NCBI GenBank assembly: GCA_043770255.1
Contig: JAYVIL010000085.1
Coordinates: forward strand, 1 to 63,438
DNA length: 63,438 nt
Reading direction: 5' to 3'
From: Candidatus Kaiserbacteria bacterium
GTDB taxonomy: Bacteria > Patescibacteriota > Minisyncoccia > Phycocordibacterales > UBA918
Shown here: in pieces, positions 44,195 to 53,313 of the stretch
Layout of the letters: every line of letters begins with the position of its first letter
Numbering within the stretch: position 1 is the first letter of the stretch
Notes under the pieces: model-generated
Told to the model about the DNA's origin: nothing
Databases searched by the model: none
What the model saw: only the letters and a program-made list of their open reading frames with translations
Translations under genes and position numbers: made by a program

Positions 44195-44827
44195 TTATCC
44201 AACTAACCAAAATGAGATAACCCGAGTCAAATCAGACAGCGGACCACCTAAAAATACAATAAATACCACAATTACGAGGCCAAACGCCAACGCCACATTT
44301 TGCTCCATAAAGCTTCGAAAACCTTCGTATTTCATCTGCAGTGAATACGGGAGAAACTTAGGAAAAATCTTTGATCCATCCAGTGGCGGAAGTGGCACCA
44401 GGTTAAATACCGCCAAAAAGATATTAAGCGCCACAATTTGAAACGCCAGATACACAAAGGTTTCGGACCAATTTAAGACCTCAGAAAATCGGATCAGCCC
44501 CGCAAAAATAACCGCCAGACATATATTAGACAGTGGACCGGCAACCGCCACAAACGCCTCCCCCCACTTTTGATTCCGGAAATTGTATGGATTATACGGT
44601 ACTGGTTTGGCCGCTCCAAAGACAAAACTCGAGCCAGACAATATAAGAATAGCTGGCAAAATGACCGACATCATCGGATCGATGTGTACGAGCGGGTTTG
44701 GAGAGAGCCGTCCCTGCAGACGAGCCGTCGGATCGCCGAGATAGTTGGCCGCATACCCGTGCGCCATTTCGTGAATAATAACTGAAATAATGAGGGCGAG
44801 TATCAGCGCGATGTCGATTGATTCCAT
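44195..44827 (-). CDS. site-2 protease (peptidase M50) family membrane metalloprotease
   Basis: HEMAHGYAA (HExxH) and NLVPLPPLDGSK motifs, with multiple TM helices. Confidence 0.8.
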   Translation of the reverse strand: MESIDIALILALIISVIIHEMAHGYAANYLGDPTARLQGRLSPNPLVHIDPMMSVILPAILILSGSSFVFGAAKPVPYNPYNFRNQKWGEAFVAVAGPLSNICLAVIFAGLIRFSEVLNWSETFVYLAFQIVALNIFLAVFNLVPLPPLDGSKIFPKFLPYSLQMKYEGFRSFMEQNVALAFGLVIVVFIVFLGGPLSDLTRVISFWLVG

Positions 44828-45033
44828 ATTTACCAGTATACCTCAATAGAGTGAGTCCGCAAAAATCACTATCTACCGCGTTACCTTCGTCGCTCCAGTC
44901 CTCACCGTACATTAGGTACGGCTCAAACTGAACCGTCTCGTTGCCTTGTATATAGTTGATTTTAGCGAACACTTCTGTGATTTAGAATGAATGAAAAAAA
45001 TATTTGACAAATACAAGCTCATTCAATAAGCCA

Positions 45034-45120
45034 TTAGATACTAGGAGTCTAGAAATTTTAAGCAGGAGCCGTACTTTTGTACGGTAAGTGCTTAAAATTG
45101 CGTAGCGACAACGTAGATGA
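45034..45120 (+). repeat. copy C of the hairpin element, upstream of rpmB
   Basis: Hairpin at 45054-45099 with apex CCGTAC-TTTT-GTACGG, lower stem AATTTTAAGCA/TGCTTAAAATT and tail CGACAACGTAGATGA. Confidence 0.6.
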
Positions 45121-45197
45121 TGGCTTAGTGGATGAGCGCTTGGGGGTTGCAAAATATGGAGTGGGCTGGTAGTATGGCACAACTTAATACTTTTTAT

Positions 45198-45440
45198 ATG
45201 GCAAAAACCTGCGACATCACTGGCAAAAAAACGCAAATCGGCGGCAAGTACAGTAACCGTACCCGTGCGACTCAGTTTAATCCGTCAGGAAAAACGAAAC
45301 GAGCCCCTAACCTACAAAACAAACGTATCTACGTAGCCGAACTAGACAAGACAATCAAAATCAAAGTCTCAACCAAAGGTATCCGTACGATTGCCAAGAA
45401 CGGAGCGTACAAGACTCTCAAAGCAGCCAAGTTAATCTAA
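45198..45440 (+). CDS. rpmB: 50S ribosomal protein L28
   Basis: MAKTCDITGKKTQIGGKYSNRTRATQ...APNLQNKRIY is L28-like. The ATG at 45198 is preferred to the track start at 45132. TTGCAA-N17-TAGTAT lies upstream at 45148-45176. Confidence 0.9.
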   Translation: MAKTCDITGKKTQIGGKYSNRTRATQFNPSGKTKRAPNLQNKRIYVAELDKTIKIKVSTKGIRTIAKNGAYKTLKAAKLI

Positions 45441-45448
45441 ATCATCTT

Positions 45449-45482
45449 AAAAGACCGTCACCCTGAGGGTGACGGTCTTTTA
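45449..45482. terminator. bidirectional terminator between rpmB and the MBL gene
   Basis: AAAAGACCGTCACCC-TGA-GGGTGACGGTCTTTT. Confidence 0.7.
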
Positions 45483-46343
45483 TTGTATCCAAAGGTCAAT
45501 GCCATCACTAACGAACATCACGCTGCCCGAGTCAGCAGTGCTCACCAAAGTCGCTCCTTGATTTTTTACTGTCTCGACTACTGTGGCGTGAGGGTGACCA
45601 TACGAATTATCCTTACCAGCGGATACTACCGCGTACCGTGGAGCCACAGTGTTTATAAAATTTTCACTGGTTGAAGTTTTCGAGCCATGGTGCCCGAGCT
45701 TAAGTACTTCACTCTGGAGCTTATCTCCGTAGGTTGTAACTAAATACTCCTCGATACTACTCGGGGCATCGCCGGTTAACATAAAATCAACCTCTCCATA
45801 CGTTAGCTTCACTACAATCGAGGCAGTATTACTCTCGAGCATCGCAGGGTTATTCGCCGGGGCAAAAATAGTCAGAGTCGTGGATGCGCCGAGTTGGTAA
45901 ACTTGACCCGTCCGCGCCATAGTGACGGTCGCCCCCTCTTGAACTAAGCCTTTCTGAAAGGTACTCGCGACCATCGTTTCGCCAGTATTTTCAGTGGTAA
46001 TAATTTGGGATACAGTATAGCGCTTAAGCACATCAACCAAGCCGCCGATGTGATCTTTATCTGGATGGGTACCAAGTATAGTGTCGATAGTCCGATCGAA
46101 CCACGGCAGTTCACTCGATAAACGGCGCAAAACCGTACCATCGGGACCACCATCGATCAGTACTTGAACACCGTCTGGTGTCTCGATCAAAATCGAGTCA
46201 CCTTGCCCTACATCAAGAAATGTTACCGTGAGAAACTCAGACTGTACCGGAGTAGAAATATACGGCAACAGTAAGCTACCAAGCGAGCCGAATAAAAGTG
46301 CCAGCAGGACAAGAGCTCGGACCAATAACTTTTCATCTGTCAT
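45480..46343 (-). CDS. ComEC-type metallo-beta-lactamase domain protein (stand-alone C-terminal module of ComEC/Rec2)
   Basis: An N-terminal TM anchor, then FLDVGQGDSILIETPDGVQVLIDGG, THPDKDHIGG and LKLGHHGSKTS. Confidence 0.8.
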   Translation of the reverse strand: MTDEKLLVRALVLLALLFGSLGSLLLPYISTPVQSEFLTVTFLDVGQGDSILIETPDGVQVLIDGGPDGTVLRRLSSELPWFDRTIDTILGTHPDKDHIGGLVDVLKRYTVSQIITTENTGETMVASTFQKGLVQEGATVTMARTGQVYQLGASTTLTIFAPANNPAMLESNTASIVVKLTYGEVDFMLTGDAPSSIEEYLVTTYGDKLQSEVLKLGHHGSKTSTSENFINTVAPRYAVVSAGKDNSYGHPHATVVETVKNQGATLVSTADSGSVMFVSDGIDLWIQ

Positions 46344-46404
46344 ACAAATATAGTATAACTCGGCCCTACCGGGTCACCATGGTATACTGATAAAAATTAT
46401 ATAT

Positions 46405-46983
46405 ATGAAATACGAATCTTTGACATTTAACATTCCTGACTTAGTTGGAATCTCAAAAGAAACCATCGACCTGCACCTCGGACTCTACCAAGGATACGTC
46501 AAACACGTTAACTTGATCCACGAAAAAATCGCCGCCTACAGCCATGACCTCGAAGCCAATACCTACGCCATCGCCGAAATGCAGCGGCGGCTGGGATTTG
46601 AGTTTGGCGGTATGCGTAATCACGAATACTATTTTGCCCAATTAGAAGGTGGCCCGGCCGAACTCGGTGAATCAACGCTCAAAGAAAAAATCGAAAGTGC
46701 GTGGAATAGTGTCGAAGCCTGGCAGAATAGATTTACCCAAATCGCTATGACCCGTGGCGTCGGCTGGGCGATGATGTATCATGACCCGCACACTGACAAG
46801 CTGGTACTGACCTGGGTTGATGAGCAGCATATTGGTCAACTGGCTGATCTCGATATTGTCCTGGCGCTTGATATGTGGGAACACTCATACATGCGCGACT
46901 ACGTACCAGCTGACAAGAAAAAGTACATCGACGCTTTTTTCCAAAACCTGAACTGGGAGGTAGTATCCGGCAGACTCGTTTAA
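46405..46983 (+). CDS. Fe/Mn superoxide dismutase family protein
   Basis: NHEYYF, WAMMY and LALDMWEHSYMRDY (the DxWEHxY ligand motif). The N-terminal His region is somewhat divergent. Confidence 0.7.
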   Translation: MKYESLTFNIPDLVGISKETIDLHLGLYQGYVKHVNLIHEKIAAYSHDLEANTYAIAEMQRRLGFEFGGMRNHEYYFAQLEGGPAELGESTLKEKIESAWNSVEAWQNRFTQIAMTRGVGWAMMYHDPHTDKLVLTWVDEQHIGQLADLDIVLALDMWEHSYMRDYVPADKKKYIDAFFQNLNWEVVSGRLV

Positions 46984-48594
46984 TTAACGAAAGAAGACTG
47001 GTGTGACATCAGATTTAGTATTAGAACTCGAGCTCACCTCGAGTTTTTTTGTGGCATCAATGGACATCACTTCCTCTTCATCGACAACTGTGTAGTGGGC
47101 GACTGAACTAAAATCAATTTTTTCAACGGTGCTACTACTGCGATTACTGACCCTGTACACTACAAAGCCAATTACGACATAGAGGAGAATAACCACTAAA
47201 AATGGAAACTCCGGAACGGTGAAGGCGGCAAACGGCAATGCAGCAAACCAAGTCGCGATCTGGATAATATAGGTGAGGAAGCCGTACGACACTGCGCCGA
47301 TTAGTGTCGCGAGCGGCGCTGATACTAAGCCTGCCAAACCCGTCAAGAACGTACTGAGCATAGCGAGCGGTACTGCCGGCATAACCAACATATTTACTAC
47401 AATAGCCACCACGGAAAATTGTCCAATTTGGTACAGCAAAAGTGGCAGAATCGCAATTTGGGTAGCAACTGTCGCCAGAAAATATTCCTTTAGTTTAAAT
47501 ATAGGCTTTACACCACTCAGTAATTGTTCAAATTGGGGAGCTACGAGAATAAGCCCGAGCGTAGCTAAAAATGATAGTTGAAAACCAACGTCATACACAA
47601 GCAGGAGTGGGTTAATCAAAAGCATCACTGCACCGGCAAAAAATAAGGCCCGCATCATGGCGTACTGCCGCCCGAGGAGCAGCGCGATCATTGTGAGTCC
47701 CGCCATAATACTCGCCCGCAGAACGGTGGCTGAAAAACCAACCATCAGTGCAAATAAACATATCGTCACAATTCCAACTATGGCGCGTACCCTGACCGAA
47801 CAAAACAGTGACAGCACATACATTATAAACACCACGACCAGCATAATATTCGCGCCCGAGAGGACTACAATATGAATGATTCCCGTAGTTCTAAAATCAT
47901 CTTCGAGCTCATCCCCGAGAGATGATTTTACCCCCAACAGCAGCCCAGCTCCGAGACCCACTTCTGGTTCAGGAATATGAGCTTGAATACTGTCCAAGAA
48001 CATTTTTTTAACAGACAGTAGCGTCGAGAGCAACGGGTTTCCCTGACCATGCTCTATAACCGATACCGTCGCAAACGGTACCGTATAAAAAATATCCCGT
48101 ACGGCTAAATACCCCGGATAGTTAAATGTTCGACCGAGCTCAGTTTCAAATGATTCTGGCTTTTTTAATTTTCCGGAAAAGTTAATCGTGTCACCATACG
48201 TAACATCAGCGTATCTGTCAGTTGAAACAAGGACCCGTTCTCCACCTGTAGTAACAACCAGTCTCGTTGATTTAGCTGTCACTTCAGGTTCAGCCACTAT
48301 GAGACCCGTTAGTTCAATTTTTGTGCCTACCTGCTCCGCTAATGCCGATGATGTAGCCAATGTATTTTCTAACTCCAGCCGAGCCATTCCAAGCATAAAA
48401 CAAGTCACCGCTATAACGATCAAAATGACATACCCGGCGGTTTCAAACAGCCGCTTGCGGTACCACCATAATCCAAGAGTCACACTAATCAAACCAAACC
48501 ACAAAATCATAATCCACCCGCTATCAAAAAAAGAGCGGGCAAAAATGCCGCTCACAAACGCTAGTATAGCTGTATAAAAAATTACCCCCTGCAT
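46984..48594 (-). CDS. comEC: ComEC/Rec2 DNA internalisation channel (OB/DUF4131 + competence membrane domain), lacking the MBL domain
   Basis: It has multiple TM helices, and GIIHIVVLSGANIMLV and LSFLATLGLIL are typical blocks. The start is set at the ATG at 48594 because the track start at 48708 runs across two terminator hairpins. Confidence 0.8.
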   Translation of the reverse strand: MQGVIFYTAILAFVSGIFARSFFDSGWIMILWFGLISVTLGLWWYRKRLFETAGYVILIVIAVTCFMLGMARLELENTLATSSALAEQVGTKIELTGLIVAEPEVTAKSTRLVVTTGGERVLVSTDRYADVTYGDTINFSGKLKKPESFETELGRTFNYPGYLAVRDIFYTVPFATVSVIEHGQGNPLLSTLLSVKKMFLDSIQAHIPEPEVGLGAGLLLGVKSSLGDELEDDFRTTGIIHIVVLSGANIMLVVVFIMYVLSLFCSVRVRAIVGIVTICLFALMVGFSATVLRASIMAGLTMIALLLGRQYAMMRALFFAGAVMLLINPLLLVYDVGFQLSFLATLGLILVAPQFEQLLSGVKPIFKLKEYFLATVATQIAILPLLLYQIGQFSVVAIVVNMLVMPAVPLAMLSTFLTGLAGLVSAPLATLIGAVSYGFLTYIIQIATWFAALPFAAFTVPEFPFLVVILLYVVIGFVVYRVSNRSSSTVEKIDFSSVAHYTVVDEEEVMSIDATKKLEVSSSSNTKSDVTPVFFR

Positions 48595-48613
48595 CAAGTA
48601 ATTGTACCAGACA

Positions 48614-48661
48614 TAAAAAAACCACCGAAAAAGGTGGTCGGAGGGCGCATATTCGCCCTCC
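48614..48661 (-). terminator. two tandem terminator hairpins
   Basis: On the minus strand: GGAGGGCG-AATATG-CGCCCTCC, then ACCACC-TTTTTC-GGTGGT + TTTTTTT. Confidence 0.65.
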
Positions 48662-48897
48662 GTTAACAATTCACAACTTCTGAAGAACGTTGGGGTGCAC
48701 TCTGCCAAAACCTTTGACAGTTACCCAGCCAGATGTGGCCAAAGTGACGAGGACACTCCTGCCCCTGAAACTTGACTCCCCTCGCGCTTTACTGGTGAAT
48801 CTAATCCGCGCACGCGCTAACAGATAGCGATCACGGTCAGTTTCCCGGCAAGAGCTGCGCCTGGGTAAACACTCTGGACTTTTCGTACACCTGCCCA

Positions 48898-49140
48898 TCA
48901 GTCAGAAGTAATCCTGATGGCGTACACATTGATTTTTTTCCTGACTCCCTTGACGAAAACTTCTCCATTGCCAGAAATTCGCTTGATGACACGACTGACG
49001 CCGTCTGGACACGGCACCGCTTTTCCAACGGTCAGCTTAAGTTCCTTGACCACTTGTGCTTCGGTTCTTTTGTCAGGTTGTCTACGCACCATATTGCGCC
49101 CGCGCTGACCTGTGTCCTCTCCGATATCTTGCATGGACAA
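48898..49140 (-). CDS. questionable small ORF (64-80 aa) in a GC-rich segment
   Basis: The only sizeable ORF in 48.66-49.2 kb. It has a weak GAGGGA 14 nt upstream and no recognisable family. It may be non-coding. Confidence 0.25.
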   Translation of the reverse strand: MSMQDIGEDTGQRGRNMVRRQPDKRTEAQVVKELKLTVGKAVPCPDGVSRVIKRISGNGEVFVKGVRKKINVYAIRITSD

Positions 49141-49213
49141 ATCGTCTCTCCCTCAGTATGTAACCCTGCACTGTACAGGGTTAACTTTGCAACAGTATCA
49201 GACACCACTACTT

Positions 49214-49627
49214 CTAGTCAAGAACCTCGTTTGCTAGTCTAGCAGCATTGGTATTCTGATCGTGGGCTATGTACGTAAACGTTACATTTGGAAAACTTAC
49301 TACCTGCATGTTATGAATCTCAATAAACATTGGCACTAGTCCAGGATTATTAATAGGAGACTCCGCATTTAGTTGTTTCAGGACTAACTCATTACTCAAA
49401 CATAATTCAAATTCCATAGTTTTTGTCTCCACTCCATACAATCCCACCAGTGTCTGGAGTCCAGTCATCACCGCATAATATTCCGCAAAATTACGATCCG
49501 CATTTCCGATACCCTGGGCTGTTTCTGAAATCATTACTCCTTGCTTGTCCACCACAAACACTCCAATGGCCGCCGCTCCGGGATTTCCTTTTGCTTCTCC
49601 ATACACATAGCAGACTACTGTTTTCAT
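49214..49627 (-). CDS. RNase HI-like (RNase H / RVT_3-type) protein
   Basis: 137 aa with VYGEAKGNPGAAAIGVFV, NFAEYYAVMTGL and NTNAARLANEVL, which fit the DEDD RNase H fold pattern. Confidence 0.65.
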   Translation of the reverse strand: MKTVVCYVYGEAKGNPGAAAIGVFVVDKQGVMISETAQGIGNADRNFAEYYAVMTGLQTLVGLYGVETKTMEFELCLSNELVLKQLNAESPINNPGLVPMFIEIHNMQVVSFPNVTFTYIAHDQNTNAARLANEVLD

Positions 49628-49669
49628 ATGTTCATAGTACTACAGTATCTAAATTAATTGAACCGCCCT

Positions 49670-49867
49670 CTATCGGGCGGTTCGCAATTTTTGGGAATTA
49701 TAATTCTGCACAACCTGCAGTGGGAGCACCGGAGAAATCGTTTGTCTTGAGCCCCCATTAAGTGTTACGTACCCGGCACTCACGGGTGCAATGTACCCAA
49801 GCACCTGCCCTCTTCCGTCCTCATAATATATCTTTCCGTTTTTTTGATCTTGGTACAGTGACACCAC
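49670..49867 (-). CDS. small 65-aa protein (GTG start)
   Basis: A perfect AGGAGG lies 7 nt upstream of the GTG at 49867. The 3' end overlaps the hairpin GAACCGCCC-TCTAT-CGGGCGGTTC (49661-49683). Confidence 0.45.
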   Translation of the reverse strand: MVSLYQDQKNGKIYYEDGRGQVLGYIAPVSAGYVTLNGGSRQTISPVLPLQVVQNYNSQKLRTAR

Positions 49868-49960
49868 GGCTGATCCTCCTAAAGTGTACGCACCGAAAGG
49901 TGTGTATGTTACTCATTTATTTTAATCTCTCTATTACTCTTGCTGCAGGATACAGTAAAA

Positions 49961-51661
49961 CTATAATATGTCCACTATTCTGATTCGTGTTTGCTGGCGT
50001 CCCATGAAAAATGAGGTTTCGATATGACCGAGGACTGTGACCGGTTCGCCGGCTACTGGCTCTTTTTTATAACTGGTTGGTGTAGAAAAAAAGGCAATGG
50101 CTTCAAGCGGTCCTATGTCAGTTTCGAATTGCAACTTTAAATGCTCTTGTGCTTTACCAAATACTGAGACGACGGTTGGCTGTACTCGGACAAAGGCAAA
50201 CAAGGGTTTAGTATTCCCAACACCAAACGGCGCTAGTACCCGTAAGGCTTGCCTCACATCACCAAACACATCTGTCAGCGACAGCTCAGCATCAACCACC
50301 CGGTCATTTGAAACCAAGGCTGAACTACCAAGTAAATTATGTGCCGCATTAAGGGACTCACCAATTGAAAAAATATGTTCATCTCGAACCGAAAAACCCC
50401 CTGACATATGGTGTCCACCGTGTTCGTGAAAAATATGAGCAACTTCCTGCATGAGCCTCACCACACTCACACCGCCACCGGAACGACAGGATCCTTTGAT
50501 CACATCATTGCCGTCTTTCCCCCACAAGAAAACTGGTCTTTTATACTCCTCGGATAATTTGTTCGCCGCCAGCCCAACCAGGGCCGGACGCCACAAGGGA
50601 TTACCCATAACCAGCACCGCTGGCATGTCGAGCGTATTTTTCAAGCGCTGGTTAATCTCTTTGGTCATTTGTGCCACGGTTGATTTGCGGCTCAGGTTTA
50701 ATTTTTCCAAAGTGTCGACATGACCCCCGGCCTCAGCCTCGTCAGTTGCGGTCAACATCAAAAAAGCATGTTCGGGTGCATCCATTCGTGAAGCGGCATT
50801 GATGCGCGGACCAATAGTAAAGCCAATATCCTCTTCGGTGAGATGCTGTTGGGAAATTTTAGCCTTACGGAGTAGATGCTGCAATCCCGGCCGGCGAGAT
50901 TTACGTAATACCGCCAAACCAAAATGTGCTAAAACACGATTCTCACCCAAAAGTGGCACCATATCGGCAATCGTCGCCACCCCCACCATATCGAGCCACC
51001 ATTTTTCTTGACCGGGCGCTATTTGATACGAACCAGTCTCGAGCAGAGCTTGCACGAGCTTGAACACAACACCCGCCCCACACAAGTCGGGAAAAGGATA
51101 CGTACCCAGCTTTGGATTAATTATGGCCAAGGCTTCGGGAAGCACTGCTTCTGGCTCATGGTGATCAGTCACAATGACATCAATCCCCAATTCATTCGCT
51201 CGGGCTACTGCAGCGTGTGCCGTGGTTCCACAATCAATTGTTACAATCACCCGTGCACCACTTTTAGCTATTTTTTCTACTGCCACCACACTTAGTCCAA
51301 ACCCTTCATAGTGGCGATGCGGAATGTAGTTCGAGAAATTACTAAATTTAATTGCTTTAAAAAAGTCATGCAAAATCACTGCTCCAGGAATACCATCGCA
51401 ATCATAATCGCTAAAAATAACGACGGATTCATTATTTTGTATCGCGGTATGAAGCCTGGTCGTTGCTTTCACAATGTCGTGCAGTAACAAAGGACTATGT
51501 AGGCCAGTATCGTAATTAGGGTTAAGGAAAATTTCAGCCTCTTTTATATCAAAAATACCCCGACTAAAGAGTAGCTGCTGCAAAGGCAAGTTGTACTGCG
51601 CCAAAGCTTGCCTCGCTTCAATGGTGATTGGTGGAGTGACCGTAAAAAGAGGAGTCGACAT
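49961..51661 (-). CDS. recJ: single-stranded-DNA-specific exonuclease RecJ
   Basis: DHH-family motifs (IFSDYDCDG, VTIDCG, VIVTDHH) and a DHHA1 GGH motif (EHGGHHMSGG). The ATG at 51661 is preferred. Confidence 0.9.
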   Translation of the reverse strand: MSTPLFTVTPPITIEARQALAQYNLPLQQLLFSRGIFDIKEAEIFLNPNYDTGLHSPLLLHDIVKATTRLHTAIQNNESVVIFSDYDCDGIPGAVILHDFFKAIKFSNFSNYIPHRHYEGFGLSVVAVEKIAKSGARVIVTIDCGTTAHAAVARANELGIDVIVTDHHEPEAVLPEALAIINPKLGTYPFPDLCGAGVVFKLVQALLETGSYQIAPGQEKWWLDMVGVATIADMVPLLGENRVLAHFGLAVLRKSRRPGLQHLLRKAKISQQHLTEEDIGFTIGPRINAASRMDAPEHAFLMLTATDEAEAGGHVDTLEKLNLSRKSTVAQMTKEINQRLKNTLDMPAVLVMGNPLWRPALVGLAANKLSEEYKRPVFLWGKDGNDVIKGSCRSGGGVSVVRLMQEVAHIFHEHGGHHMSGGFSVRDEHIFSIGESLNAAHNLLGSSALVSNDRVVDAELSLTDVFGDVRQALRVLAPFGVGNTKPLFAFVRVQPTVVSVFGKAQEHLKLQFETDIGPLEAIAFFSTPTSYKKEPVAGEPVTVLGHIETSFFMGRQQTRIRIVDIL

Positions 51662-51691
51662 ACAGAGTAATTTGTATGGTACCATATTTGC

Positions 51692-52105
51692 ATGACTACC
51701 GTCCCAGAAACCTCAATTTTTACCAAAATCATCCAAGGTGAAATTCCAGGATTTATTCCCTACCAATCTGAAACCATTGCGGTACTCATCGCTGTTGAAG
51801 GTCATGTTTTAATAATTCCAAAGCAAGAATATAAAGATATTTACGAACTGCCCGATGAAATAGCTGCTGAAATTATGCAAACAGCAGTGAGAGTTTCCCG
51901 GGCTTTAAAAAACTCTACTGATTGTGAAGGAATAAACCTTATACAATCAAATGGCATAGCTGCCGGGCAAACAGTTTTTCACTTTCACCTTCACATTAAA
52001 CCTAGATTTAAAAACGATGGAGTCATTTTCAAATGGGATACCAATACCGCTCCTGAAGCAGAGAGAAAAACACTGTGTGAAAATTTAAAAAATATCTTAG
52101 GGTAA
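51692..52105 (+). CDS. HIT (histidine triad) family protein
   Basis: IFTKIIQGEIP...GQTVFHFHLHIKP. Confidence 0.85.
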   Translation: MTTVPETSIFTKIIQGEIPGFIPYQSETIAVLIAVEGHVLIIPKQEYKDIYELPDEIAAEIMQTAVRVSRALKNSTDCEGINLIQSNGIAAGQTVFHFHLHIKPRFKNDGVIFKWDTNTAPEAERKTLCENLKNILG

Positions 52106-52117
52106 ATATATTAATAC

Positions 52118-52148
52118 AAAAAAACAGTCATCGGATGACTGTTTTTTT
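52118..52148. terminator. bidirectional terminator between the HIT gene and pgk
   Basis: AAAAAAACAGTCATC-GG-ATGACTGTTTTTTT. Confidence 0.7.
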
Positions 52149-52191
52149 ATCGAGTTTTACGATGCAACAATTCAACTTTGTAACCATTCAA

Positions 52192-53313
52192 CTATTCCAG
52201 TACATCAAGTGACGGAGTAGACCCATGCTCTAGTAACGTCAACATCGCACCGCCACCAATGGAGACAAAACCGAATTTATCATTGAGGCCCAAATCCTCG
52301 ATCGCCGCGACCGTGTCACCACCACCAATAATACTGTAGCCTTCGGCATCAGCAATTAATTCAGCAACTGCATGTGTACCACCAGCCACGCCACTCTCGT
52401 AGAGGCCGAGTGGACCATTCCACAAAATTGTAGCTGCATCTTTGATGTACGGAGCCAGTTTCGCTATCGTCAGTGGTCCCATATCAGTAATTTTTTCATC
52501 TGACTGCACACCACCCGTACTCACCGTACGAGTACCTCGTTCATTTTGCACCACCAGGTCAACAGCCGTAATTAACTTTGAACTGGCGAGAAATGGTGCC
52601 CCAGCAAGTGAAATATCAGACACGAGCGATTGTCCAACTTCCCGACCTTCCGCTTTTAAAATATCATTAAGTAAAGCTCCTGTGACAAATACATGATCGT
52701 AAAGATCTAAATATTTTTCAACTAATGGCATCTTAGTCTCAAACTTGGCACCTCCCAAAATAAGTAAAGACGGCGACACTGGCTCCATTGCTTTTTCCAG
52801 CTCCGTCACTTCCTCAACCAACGTTAAACCGGCGTAGGCAGGTAGGAGGGTTGGTAGTGTGACCATCGAGGCATGGTCACGGTGAATATTATCAAAGGCG
52901 TCGTTTACGTAGATGTCAGCTTGATCTGCAAGGAGTTGTGCGAATTCCACATTGTTATCACCTTCGCCTGCAAACTGCCGTAAATTTTCAGCCAAGATGA
53001 TATCTGCATTTAGCATGGCTCCCCTTGCTATAGCAAACTCCTCGCTTCCAATCACTCCGCCCCACTTCATGGGAATAAAATCTTGAAAGGCCGTCAGTAC
53101 CGGTTTCAGCGTATCTGTCGCGTCACGTCCAATATGGGCAATTACAATGACTTTGGCTCCAGCATCACTCAGATATTTTAAGGTTGGAATAGCCCGTTTT
53201 AGACGATAACTATTTTGCACCATCCCATCTTTTAGCGGCACATTGCAAGACGATCTGACAATCACATACTTACCTTCAACATCAGGACATTCCGTAATTT
53301 TTTTCATATACAT
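52192..53313 (-). CDS. pgk: phosphoglycerate kinase
   Basis: 373 aa with typical PGK blocks (RSSCNVPL, AHIGRD, GGAKFETK, WNGPLG, GGGDTVAA). The start is at 53313 (TAATG overlap with the tpiA stop) or 53307. Confidence 0.95.
   Translation of the reverse strand: MYMKKITECPDVEGKYVIVRSSCNVPLKDGMVQNSYRLKRAIPTLKYLSDAGAKVIVIAHIGRDATDTLKPVLTAFQDFIPMKWGGVIGSEEFAIARGAMLNADIILAENLRQFAGEGDNNVEFAQLLADQADIYVNDAFDNIHRDHASMVTLPTLLPAYAGLTLVEEVTELEKAMEPVSPSLLILGGAKFETKMPLVEKYLDLYDHVFVTGALLNDILKAEGREVGQSLVSDISLAGAPFLASSKLITAVDLVVQNERGTRTVSTGGVQSDEKITDMGPLTIAKLAPYIKDAATILWNGPLGLYESGVAGGTHAVAELIADAEGYSIIGGGDTVAAIEDLGLNDKFGFVSIGGGAMLTLLEHGSTPSLDVLE

Noticed and set aside
48595-48708. An N-terminal extension of comEC (the track start at 48708)
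   Set aside because: The extension would be translated across two terminator hairpins. The internal ATG at 48594 begins directly with the first TM helix.
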